Shown: positions 57,616 to 64,000 of the stretch, one piece after another
Numbering within the stretch: position 1 is the stretch's first letter
Layout of the letters: every line of letters begins with the position of its first letter
From: Alphaproteobacteria bacterium
Lineage (GTDB): Bacteria; Pseudomonadota; Alphaproteobacteria; Micavibrionales; UBA2020
Length of the DNA stretch: 64,000 nt
Direction of reading: 5' to 3'
Assembly (NCBI GenBank): GCA_030682495.1
Contig: JAUXOC010000026.1
Location: 15,129 to 79,128 of the forward strand
The notes under the pieces: generated by a model
Seen by the model: the letters and a program-made list of their open reading frames with translations, nothing else
What the model was told of the DNA's origin: nothing
Databases searched by the model: none
Program-made: the position numbers and the translations under genes

Positions 57616-59116
57616 GTTCTTCGACACGGTATTGTTCGAGGTTGCCGAAGCGCGTGAATTCGCCTTCGAAATGCAGCTTGATGGTGCCGATCGGGCCGTG
57701 ACGCTGTTTGGCGATGATACATTCGGCGACGTTGTGCGACTCTTCCATCCGGCGCAGCCAGTCGTCGTGGCGGCTGGCGAATTTATCCGCGGCTTCTTCG
57801 GGGCGCGGCGCGGGCTGTTCGCGCTCCAGATAATATTCCTCGCGGTAGACGAACATGACGATATCCGCATCCTGCTCGATAGAGCCGGATTCGCGCAGAT
57901 CCGCCAGCTGCGGGCGTTTGTTGTCGCGCGCCTCGACCGCGCGGGACAGCTGCGACAGCGCCAGAACGGGCACTTCCAGCTCTTTGGCCAAGGCCTTGAG
58001 CGAGCGCGTGATCTCGGAGACTTCCTGCACGCGGTTGCCCTGCGACCCTGCACTGCCGGAGCCTTGAATGAGCTGCAAGTAATCGATGATAATCAAACCC
58101 AGATCATGCTGGCGTTTTAACCGGCGGCAGCGCGTGCGGATCGCGCTCATGGTCAGCGCGGGTGTGTCATCGATAAACAGCGGCGCGCGCGACATCTGCT
58201 GGCTCGCCTCGACGAATTTTTGGAAATCGGTATCGGCAATTTCGCCGCGGCGGATCTTGTCGGACGGCACGCCGGAGAGGTCGGCGAGAATACGGCCGGC
58301 CAGCTGTTCGGCCGACATCTCGAGGGAGAAGAGGCCGACGACCGCGCCTTCTTTGCCGCCGCTCTCCATATAAGCGCGCGCGGCGTTCATGCCCATGTTG
58401 GTGGCCAGTGCGGATTTACCCATCGCAGGGCGTCCGGCCAGAATAAGCAGGTCGGAATTTTGCAACCCGCCGAGTTTTTTATCCATGTCGATCAGGCCCG
58501 TGGTAACGCCGGTCACCATGCCTTCGCGCTGATAGGCGATTTCCGCCTGTTTGATCGCGCGCGTCAGGGATTCGCTGAACGGCACAAAGCCGCCTTTGTA
58601 ATCGCCGGCGGTGGCAAGATCGAACAGGCGTTTTTCGGTTTGTTCGATCTGGTCTTGCGCCGTGATATCGACGTTCAGCGCATAGGCGTCGTTGACGACG
58701 TCTTCGCCCAGCGACACCAGCGCGCGGCGCAGGTGCAGCTCGTACACCGTACGTCCGTAATCTTCGACGTTAACGACGCTGATGATGTGGGAGGCCAGAT
58801 CGGCCAAATATTGCCCGCCGCCGACGGAAGACAGATCTTGGTCTTTCTCGAAATAGCTTTTGAGCGTGATCGGGCTGGCGTCCTGGCCGCGTTCGATAAA
58901 TTTCGCGATGGCTTCGAAGATGCGCCCATGCACGGGGTTGTAGAAATGCTCCGGCCGCAAAAACTCGGAGATTTTTTCAAGCGCGCGGTTATTGACTAGA
59001 AGCGCGCCGAGCAGCGCCTGCTCCACCTCGTCGTTATGGGGCATGACGCGATAATCGGCATCGCCCTGAAGGGCGGCGACGGCGGAAACGGAACGCTGGA
59101 GGGCATCGATTGTCAT
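57608..59116 (-). CDS. dnaB: Replicative DNA helicase DnaB
   Basis: PHNDEVEQALLGALLVNN N-terminal domain, Walker A GRPAMGKSALA, then IIIDYLQL and SQLSR. Confidence 0.96.
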   Translation of the reverse strand: MTIDALQRSVSAVAALQGDADYRVMPHNDEVEQALLGALLVNNRALEKISEFLRPEHFYNPVHGRIFEAIAKFIERGQDASPITLKSYFEKDQDLSSVGGGQYLADLASHIISVVNVEDYGRTVYELHLRRALVSLGEDVVNDAYALNVDITAQDQIEQTEKRLFDLATAGDYKGGFVPFSESLTRAIKQAEIAYQREGMVTGVTTGLIDMDKKLGGLQNSDLLILAGRPAMGKSALATNMGMNAARAYMESGGKEGAVVGLFSLEMSAEQLAGRILADLSGVPSDKIRRGEIADTDFQKFVEASQQMSRAPLFIDDTPALTMSAIRTRCRRLKRQHDLGLIIIDYLQLIQGSGSAGSQGNRVQEVSEITRSLKALAKELEVPVLALSQLSRAVEARDNKRPQLADLRESGSIEQDADIVMFVYREEYYLEREQPAPRPEEAADKFASRHDDWLRRMEESHNVAECIIAKQRHGPIGTIKLHFEGEFTRFGNLEQYRVEEHE

Positions 59117-59200
59117 ACCCCCAAACTAGCAGAAGAATCGCCCGATATGAACGATTCTATAGGGCTTTTTTTGACGCCGCCGCCGTGCCGGAAAATTTCC

Positions 59201-59239
59201 AAAAGAAAACAGCCCGGCGAGGCGCGCGGGCTGTTTTTT
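59201..59239 (-). terminator. Hairpin terminator downstream of rplI (bidirectional shape)
   Basis: CAGCCCG-(10 nt)-CGGGCTG, flanked by an A-run and a T-run. Confidence 0.7.
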
Positions 59240-59258
59240 GTAAAAGCATCGCCTAAAA

Positions 59259-59903
59259 TCAGGCGGCGGCTTCGTCCGTTTTCGCTTCGGCTTCGGCTTC
59301 ACCTTCAGTTTCGGCGGCAGCAGCGGCCTTGACGGCTGCGGCAGCTTCCTGTGCTTCAAGGGAGGCGGCAGCTTCTGCGGCGCGCTCTTCGGCACGCAGC
59401 GTACGCTCGTCCTTCATAATCAGCGCTTCGCCGCGTTCTTCTTGCAGCTTCGCTTCTTCTTCGGAACGGGCGATGTTGATGGTGACATCTACCGACACTT
59501 CAGGGTGCAGGAAAATCTTGACCGGATAGAGGCCGAGCAGTTTGTAGGCGCGATCCATCACGATCTGGTTACGGTCGATTTTGAAGCCTTTGGCCGATAC
59601 CGCGTCCGCGATGTCGCGGCTGGTGACGGAACCGTAAAGCTGACCCGCTTCGGACGCCTGACGGATCAGAGCAACCTTGAGGCCTGCGACTTTGCCGGAG
59701 ATTTTTTCTGCTTCTTCGCGGCGTTTCAGGTTCTGGGCTTCCAGTTCCTTTTTCTTGCCGTCAAAGAAAGAAATGTTGTCCTTTGTCGCGCGCAGGGCTT
59801 TCTGGCGCGGCAGCAGGAAGTTGCGGGCGTAACCCGAGCGAACGGCGACAACGTCACCCATCTGGCCGAGGTTTTCCACGCGTTCGAGGAGAATGACTTG
59901 CAT
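59259..59903 (-). CDS. rplI: 50S ribosomal protein L9 with an Ala/Glu-rich C-terminal extension
   Basis: MQVILLERVENLGQMGDVVAVRSGYARNFLLPRQKALRAT. Confidence 0.93.
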   Translation of the reverse strand: MQVILLERVENLGQMGDVVAVRSGYARNFLLPRQKALRATKDNISFFDGKKKELEAQNLKRREEAEKISGKVAGLKVALIRQASEAGQLYGSVTSRDIADAVSAKGFKIDRNQIVMDRAYKLLGLYPVKIFLHPEVSVDVTINIARSEEEAKLQEERGEALIMKDERTLRAEERAAEAAASLEAQEAAAAVKAAAAAETEGEAEAEAKTDEAAA

Positions 59904-59915
59904 ATCTTGTGATCC

Positions 59916-60185
59916 TTAGTTCGCGACGTAGGGCATCAGGGCAAGGAAACGGGCGCGTTTGATTTCGCGGGCCAGTTTACGTTGCGCTTTCTGCGATACG
60001 GCAGTGATGCGGGAGGGGACGATCTTGCCGCGCTCGGACACATAACGGCCGAGCAGCTTGATGTCTTTGTAGTCAATGGCCGGTGCATTTTTTGCCTTGA
60101 AGGGGCAAGTTTTGCGGCGGCGGAAGAACGTGCGGCGGGGGCCGCCAGCGGATTTGCGTTCTGCGGGTTTGCGTTCTGCGGACAT
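59916..60185 (-). CDS. rpsR: 30S ribosomal protein S18
   Basis: [10 protein letters not shown]...[25 protein letters not shown]. Confidence 0.93.
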   Translation of the reverse strand: MSAERKPAERKSAGGPRRTFFRRRKTCPFKAKNAPAIDYKDIKLLGRYVSERGKIVPSRITAVSQKAQRKLAREIKRARFLALMPYVAN

Positions 60186-60640
60186 TATTCTTCTCCCTCT
60201 TTCGAGAATTTACGTTCGGGGCGGTCGCCGCGGTTCTCACCGCGCTCAAAACGATCACCACGGGGGCGGTCTTCACGATCACCAAAACGATCACCACGGG
60301 GGCGGTCTTCGCCTTCTTCGGCCTGACGCAGGATGGCCGAGGGGCCTTCCGGCAGAGTCTCAATGGAGACCGTCATAAAGCGCAGAACGTCTTCGTTGAT
60401 TTTCATGTTGCGTTCCATTTCGGCAATCGCCTTGGCGGGTGCTTCGAAATGGAAAAGGGTGTAGTGACCCTTGCGGTTTTTGTTGATGCGGTACGCGAGC
60501 GTGCGGAGGCCCCAGCTTTCAGTGCGCTTGGTCTCGCCGCCGTTGTCGTTGACGATTTTGCTAAAGCCGGCAGCAAGGTCTTCTACCTGTTTGGCAGAGA
60601 CGTCCTGCCGTGCGATAAACACGGTTTCATAAAGAGGCAT
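60185..60640 (-). CDS. rpsF: 30S ribosomal protein S6 with an Arg/Asp repeat tail
   Basis: [22 protein letters not shown]... The C-terminal tail [32 protein letters not shown] is encoded by a 36-nt tandem repeat (about 60248-60310). Confidence 0.92.
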   Translation of the reverse strand: MPLYETVFIARQDVSAKQVEDLAAGFSKIVNDNGGETKRTESWGLRTLAYRINKNRKGHYTLFHFEAPAKAIAEMERNMKINEDVLRFMTVSIETLPEGPSAILRQAEEGEDRPRGDRFGDREDRPRGDRFERGENRGDRPERKFSKEGEE

Positions 60641-60889
60641 GTGATATCCCTTGGTTTAAGTCAGGTTGCCGCTGTTTTCACGCACCCTGCGTAAACCAGC
60701 CGCACAACCCATATAGCCAGACGGCATGCCGGCTGGCGGGTTACAGGCGGCGAATATCGGGGATTCGCCCCTTAAAGGCAAGGGTTTTCGATATTTAACC
60801 GGCTTTTCGCACCCCCGCCGCCGGAATCGGCTTGCATATTCTGAAAATAGCGGTATTATTATACCATACACCCATTTTCAGGAGCCCGT

Positions 60890-61354
60890 ATGTCGTTTTC
60901 AGACCTGTTCAGCCGCAAAGCCGCCGGACGCCACGTCACCAGCGAAGGGGACGAGGAATGGTATGACGACAACGAACAGCTGCACCGCGAAGATGACCTG
61001 CCTGCCCAAACCGATACCCATGGCGGCAAGGCATGGCTGCGCCACGGCCAGCCGCACCGCGAAGACGACAAACCCGCCATCGAAGCTGCAAATGGTGACC
61101 GCGCCTGGTACGAAAACGGCGTCCTGAGCCGCAAGACCGGCCCCGCCGTCACCTATGCCGATAAAGCCAAAGAAGCCGAATACTGGCTGGAGGGCAAGCC
61201 GATGCCCGACGACATGCGCGCCGCCATCGACCCTGCCTTCAAAACCGCCCTATTGGCCAAAAATGCCGATGCCGCCGCTGAAACCGTGCGCAACGGCTGC
61301 ACCCGCGACGTGCCCCTGATGAAATCCCCGACCATCCAGCGCCGCAAGCCCTAG
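60890..61354 (+). CDS. Hypothetical protein with W-x-x-x-G-x-x-H-R-x-D-x-P-A type repeats and a basic C-terminal motif
   Basis: AGGAG precedes the ATG. It has about 3 repeats (WYDDNEQLHREDDLPA / WLRHGQPHREDDKPA / WYENGVLSRKTGPA), which are MORN-like in rhythm. It ends DVPLMKSPTIQRRKP. Confidence 0.6.
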   Translation: MSFSDLFSRKAAGRHVTSEGDEEWYDDNEQLHREDDLPAQTDTHGGKAWLRHGQPHREDDKPAIEAANGDRAWYENGVLSRKTGPAVTYADKAKEAEYWLEGKPMPDDMRAAIDPAFKTALLAKNADAAAETVRNGCTRDVPLMKSPTIQRRKP

Positions 61355-61380
61355 AGCAGCCATAACAGCACAGGCGCTTC

Positions 61381-61779
61381 TCAGGCGGCCGCGCCGCCCC
61401 GATGCGGAATCTGCCGCGATATTGCAAGAAAACGATCTCCGAGCCGGCCGACCGCCTCATGCGTCAGACCAGATGCAGGGTCTATCGTCAAAAGCGGATA
61501 TTCTTGCCCGACACTGCCAAGCATTTTAAAAATATTATAGAAATGACCTGTGGACAGGGAGAAGGGCACAGCTGGCGTATTACAGATCGCAAGCGCATCT
61601 TCCAGCGCGGCCAGCGTTGCCGAGACGTCGGCCTCTGGCACATCAAGGATGGTTTCATCCAAAAGATCATACTGCGCGGCGACAACGGCAACTACCGCAT
61701 GCAACTGCGTCAGCTCGCCCGTGTCGGCAGGTTGCAAAACCAATAAATCTTTATTTGAATCAAAGCGTTGTAAGTCCAA
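61381..61779 (-). CDS. Hypothetical acidic protein
   Basis: 132-aa ORF with a non-ATG (TTG) longest start. Its composition is protein-like, whereas the overlapping + strand ORFs are Arg-rich junk. The start is uncertain. Confidence 0.4.
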   Translation of the reverse strand: MDLQRFDSNKDLLVLQPADTGELTQLHAVVAVVAAQYDLLDETILDVPEADVSATLAALEDALAICNTPAVPFSLSTGHFYNIFKMLGSVGQEYPLLTIDPASGLTHEAVGRLGDRFLAISRQIPHRGGAAA

Positions 61780-61936
61780 AGCGGATACACCTTAAACTAT
61801 GCAGAGCTTTTTCAGATTAACACAAATCGATCAGCCCCGCCACAGCTCTCGCCCTCTGCTGCCTTGCCCCGCCGTGCAAGACCGTTTATGTAGGGGGCAG
61901 GACAAATCACCCTTCACATATCTAAGGACGCGCGAC

Positions 61937-62875
61937 ATGAGGACTTTTGTATTCCCCGGACAGGGCAGCCAGTTTATCGGCATGGGCAAAGATCTGGCCG
62001 ATGCCTTTCCGGTCGCCCGCGAGGTTTTTGAGGAAGTCGACGAAGCACTGTCGCAAAAACTGAGCACGATCATGTTCGAAGGCCCCGATACCGACCTGAA
62101 CCTGACCGAAAATACCCAGCCTGCGCTGATGGCAGTTTCTGTCGCCGTCGCGCGCGTTTTGCAGCAGGCCAAACCGGATTTGTTCACCCCCGCCCATTGC
62201 GCTTTTGTCGCCGGCCATTCGCTCGGTGAATATTCGGCGCTGACAGCGGCAGGGTCTTTCAGCCTGAGCGACGCGGCCCGTCTGCTGAAGCTGCGCGGGC
62301 AAGCGATGCAAAAAGCCGTGCCGGTCGGCCTGGGTGCGATGGCCGCCATCCTCGGCCTTGAGCTGCCGGATGTCACAGAGATTGCCAAAGCCGCCACAGG
62401 CGCGGCAGAGATTGTCTCCGCTGCCAATGACAATTCTTTTGGGCAGGTCGTGGTCAGCGGACATAAAGCCGCGGTGGAAAAAGCCATCGCGCTGGCAACC
62501 GAACGCGGCGCGAAGCGTGCCATTTTGCTGCCGGTCTCCGCGCCGTTCCACTGCATGCTGATGCAGCCCGCCGCCGATGCGATGCGCGAGGCGCTGGCCG
62601 CCATCGACTTGAAAGCACCTTCCGTACCGCTGATCGCCAATGTCATCGCCACCGAAGTCATCGACCCTGCGCAGATCAAAAACCTGCTGGTCGAACAAGT
62701 CACCGGCATGGTGCGCTGGCGCGAATCCGTCATGTACATGAAAACCCGCGGAGTCACCGAAACGGTTGAACTGGGCGCAGGAAAAGTGCTGACCGGTCTG
62801 ACCAAACGTATCGAAGCCGATATGACCGGCCGCGCCATCGGCACGCCCAAGGACATCGAAGAATTTCTGAAATAA
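61937..62875 (+). CDS. fabD: Malonyl-CoA:ACP transacylase
   Basis: MRTFVFPGQGSQFIGMGKDL and the active-site GHSLGEYSAL. The start was moved to ATG 61937. Confidence 0.95.
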   Translation: MRTFVFPGQGSQFIGMGKDLADAFPVAREVFEEVDEALSQKLSTIMFEGPDTDLNLTENTQPALMAVSVAVARVLQQAKPDLFTPAHCAFVAGHSLGEYSALTAAGSFSLSDAARLLKLRGQAMQKAVPVGLGAMAAILGLELPDVTEIAKAATGAAEIVSAANDNSFGQVVVSGHKAAVEKAIALATERGAKRAILLPVSAPFHCMLMQPAADAMREALAAIDLKAPSVPLIANVIATEVIDPAQIKNLLVEQVTGMVRWRESVMYMKTRGVTETVELGAGKVLTGLTKRIEADMTGRAIGTPKDIEEFLK

Positions 62876-62880
62876 TATGA

Positions 62881-62971
62881 GGTGATTGTTCCCTTGAATT
62901 TCGTATCCCGTCATACCGGCGCAGGCCGGTATGACAAAAAGGAGAGTGCAAAATTCAAGGAGATAATCGTC
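62881..62971. repeat. Nested-palindrome element, copy 4 (short variant with a central deletion)
   Basis: GGTGATTGTTCCCTTGAA...GTCATACCGGCGCAGGCCGGTATGAC...TTCAAGGAGATAATCGTC. I could not find a clean flanking duplication. Confidence 0.7.
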
Positions 62972-63025
62972 TCATACTGAAGGGCAGCCCCGCCGACAAA
63001 ACATGACCAGAAGGAACACCACGCC

Positions 63026-63379
63026 ATGGATTTCAATTCCCTCACCGCCGATATCGAGCAGAACGCCCGCCACATCGTCCTGAAAAACTACGCCAATTTT
63101 GAAGGCCGCGCGGGTCTGCGCGAATTCTGGCTGTGGTTTTTGCCGCTTTTCGCGCTCTGCATACTACTCCAGCTGCTGGGGCAAGGCGCCTCCCTTTTCT
63201 ATACGGTTCTGGGGATCGTGAATCTGGCGCTGATTGTCCCGACCCTTGCCGTGGGCGCGCGGCGTTTGCATGACATCGGGCACAGCGGCTGGTTGCAGCT
63301 GATTGTGCTGATCCCCGTTGCGGGACTGCTGGTGCTGGTTTATTTCTGGGCCCAGCCTTCCGGCGCACGCAAAGCCTGA
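63026..63379 (+). CDS. DUF805-family inner membrane protein
   Basis: FEGRAGLREFWLWFL... and RRLHDIGHSGW motifs with three hydrophobic helices. Confidence 0.75.
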   Translation: MDFNSLTADIEQNARHIVLKNYANFEGRAGLREFWLWFLPLFALCILLQLLGQGASLFYTVLGIVNLALIVPTLAVGARRLHDIGHSGWLQLIVLIPVAGLLVLVYFWAQPSGARKA

Positions 63380-63390
63380 CGGGCGCGCCG

Positions 63391-63849
63391 GTGTTCGCCC
63401 TCGGCAATATCTGGATTGTCTATGCGATCAGCGCCGCCGTGCTGTGGGGGCTCAGCTATACGCTGACCGAACAGCTGATGAAAAAAATCTCTATCGCCGG
63501 TGTGATCGTTACCTGCGCGCTGGGCAGTCTTTTGTTTGGCCTTGCCCTCGGCTTTGCGCAAAAAACCCATGGCCGCGACTGGGACACGCTGAAACAGGCG
63601 GGCGGGGAGGCAAAACTCGCCCTTGCCTGCATCACCGTTTACGTGACGGCGAATGTCTTTATCCTGCTCAGCGTCAAGGCCAAGAACGCGACGATGGCGG
63701 GGATGATTGAAATCACCTACCCGCTTTTTACCGCCCTTTTCGCCTGGGTTTTGTTCCGCGAGGCGCAGATGGGCACAGGCACGGCGCTGGGCGGAGCACT
63801 CATCATCGCGGGCGTTGCCTGCATTTACTTTCTGGATAAAACCGTCTAA
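63391..63849 (+). CDS. Small EamA/DMT-superfamily-like membrane protein
   Basis: 152 aa with a GTG start and 4-5 hydrophobic helices. It has a single EamA-like half (…GMIEITYPLFTALFAWVLFRE…GGALIIAGV). Confidence 0.5.
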   Translation: MFALGNIWIVYAISAAVLWGLSYTLTEQLMKKISIAGVIVTCALGSLLFGLALGFAQKTHGRDWDTLKQAGGEAKLALACITVYVTANVFILLSVKAKNATMAGMIEITYPLFTALFAWVLFREAQMGTGTALGGALIIAGVACIYFLDKTV

Positions 63850-63891
63850 ACAGGCGGCACCACAACAAACAACAAAAAAAGGCAGGTTTCC

Positions 63892-64000
63892 ATGTTCAGT
63901 CTTTCGGGTAGAAAAGCACTCGTCACCGGCGCATCTGGCGGGATTGGCGGCGCCATCGCCACGGCACTGCATGCGCAAGGCGCGGATGTCGCCCTTTCCG
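63892..64000 (+). CDS. fabG: 3-oxoacyl-ACP reductase, N-terminal fragment (continues past the window)
   Basis: MFSLSGRKALVTGASGGIGGAIATALHAQGADVALS is an SDR Rossmann TGxxxGIG motif. It sits in the fab cluster after fabD. Confidence 0.8.
   Translation, partial: MFSLSGRKALVTGASGGIGGAIATALHAQGADVALS

Noticed and set aside
56443-58053. 536-aa ORF suggesting an N-terminally extended alanine racemase
   Set aside because: The first 146 residues are Ser/Arg-rich junk read out of frame across the 3' end of dnaB. Alr homology begins at MSDAAFYG (ATG 57615), which overlaps the dnaB stop by 8 nt.
62873-62979. Target-site duplication for MITE copy 4
   Set aside because: The flanking 8-mers (TAATATGA and TCATACTG) do not match under either plausible boundary. 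This copy is treated as an old or degenerate insertion.

Overview
GC-rich chromosomal window with alphaproteobacterial hallmarks: a permuted two-piece tmRNA with an ANDN...ALAA tag, sspB, hflK-hflC-DUF2065-degP, a Usg-like gene, CIRCE-groESL, and rpsT-dnaA with a GANTC cluster. The first ~17.5 kb is one minus-strand type IVa/MSHA-like pilus locus. It runs PilB/MshE, PilC, a PilM-PilN fusion, PilO-like, PilP-like, an ABC ATPase, a TPR protein, PilD, PilT, PilU, a lipoprotein secretin, an ABC-2 permease, an unknown protein, a polytopic AraC regulator and a pilin cut by the window edge. The rest is mostly housekeeping: thyA-folA, apbC, miaA, lspA, ribF, mutM, dnaA, dsbD-like, mrcA, mlaEF, alr, dnaB, rpsF-rpsR-rplI and fabD/fabG. 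Orphan genes are interspersed among these. They include three tandem paralogs between groEL and mutM, two convergent HExxHxxQ proteins next to ssrA, tandem TerB-like genes, and tandem M48 peptidases. Four orphan proteins end in the same short basic C-terminal motif (...h-x-T/N-I/V-x-K/R-R-x-x-P). A ~113-115 bp nested-palindrome element occurs at least four times in intergenic DNA, and two copies carry perfect 8-bp target-site duplications, which suggests a MITE. No CRISPR array, rRNA, canonical tRNA, integrase or transposase was seen. All calls rest on reading the sequence and ORF translations; no database search was possible.
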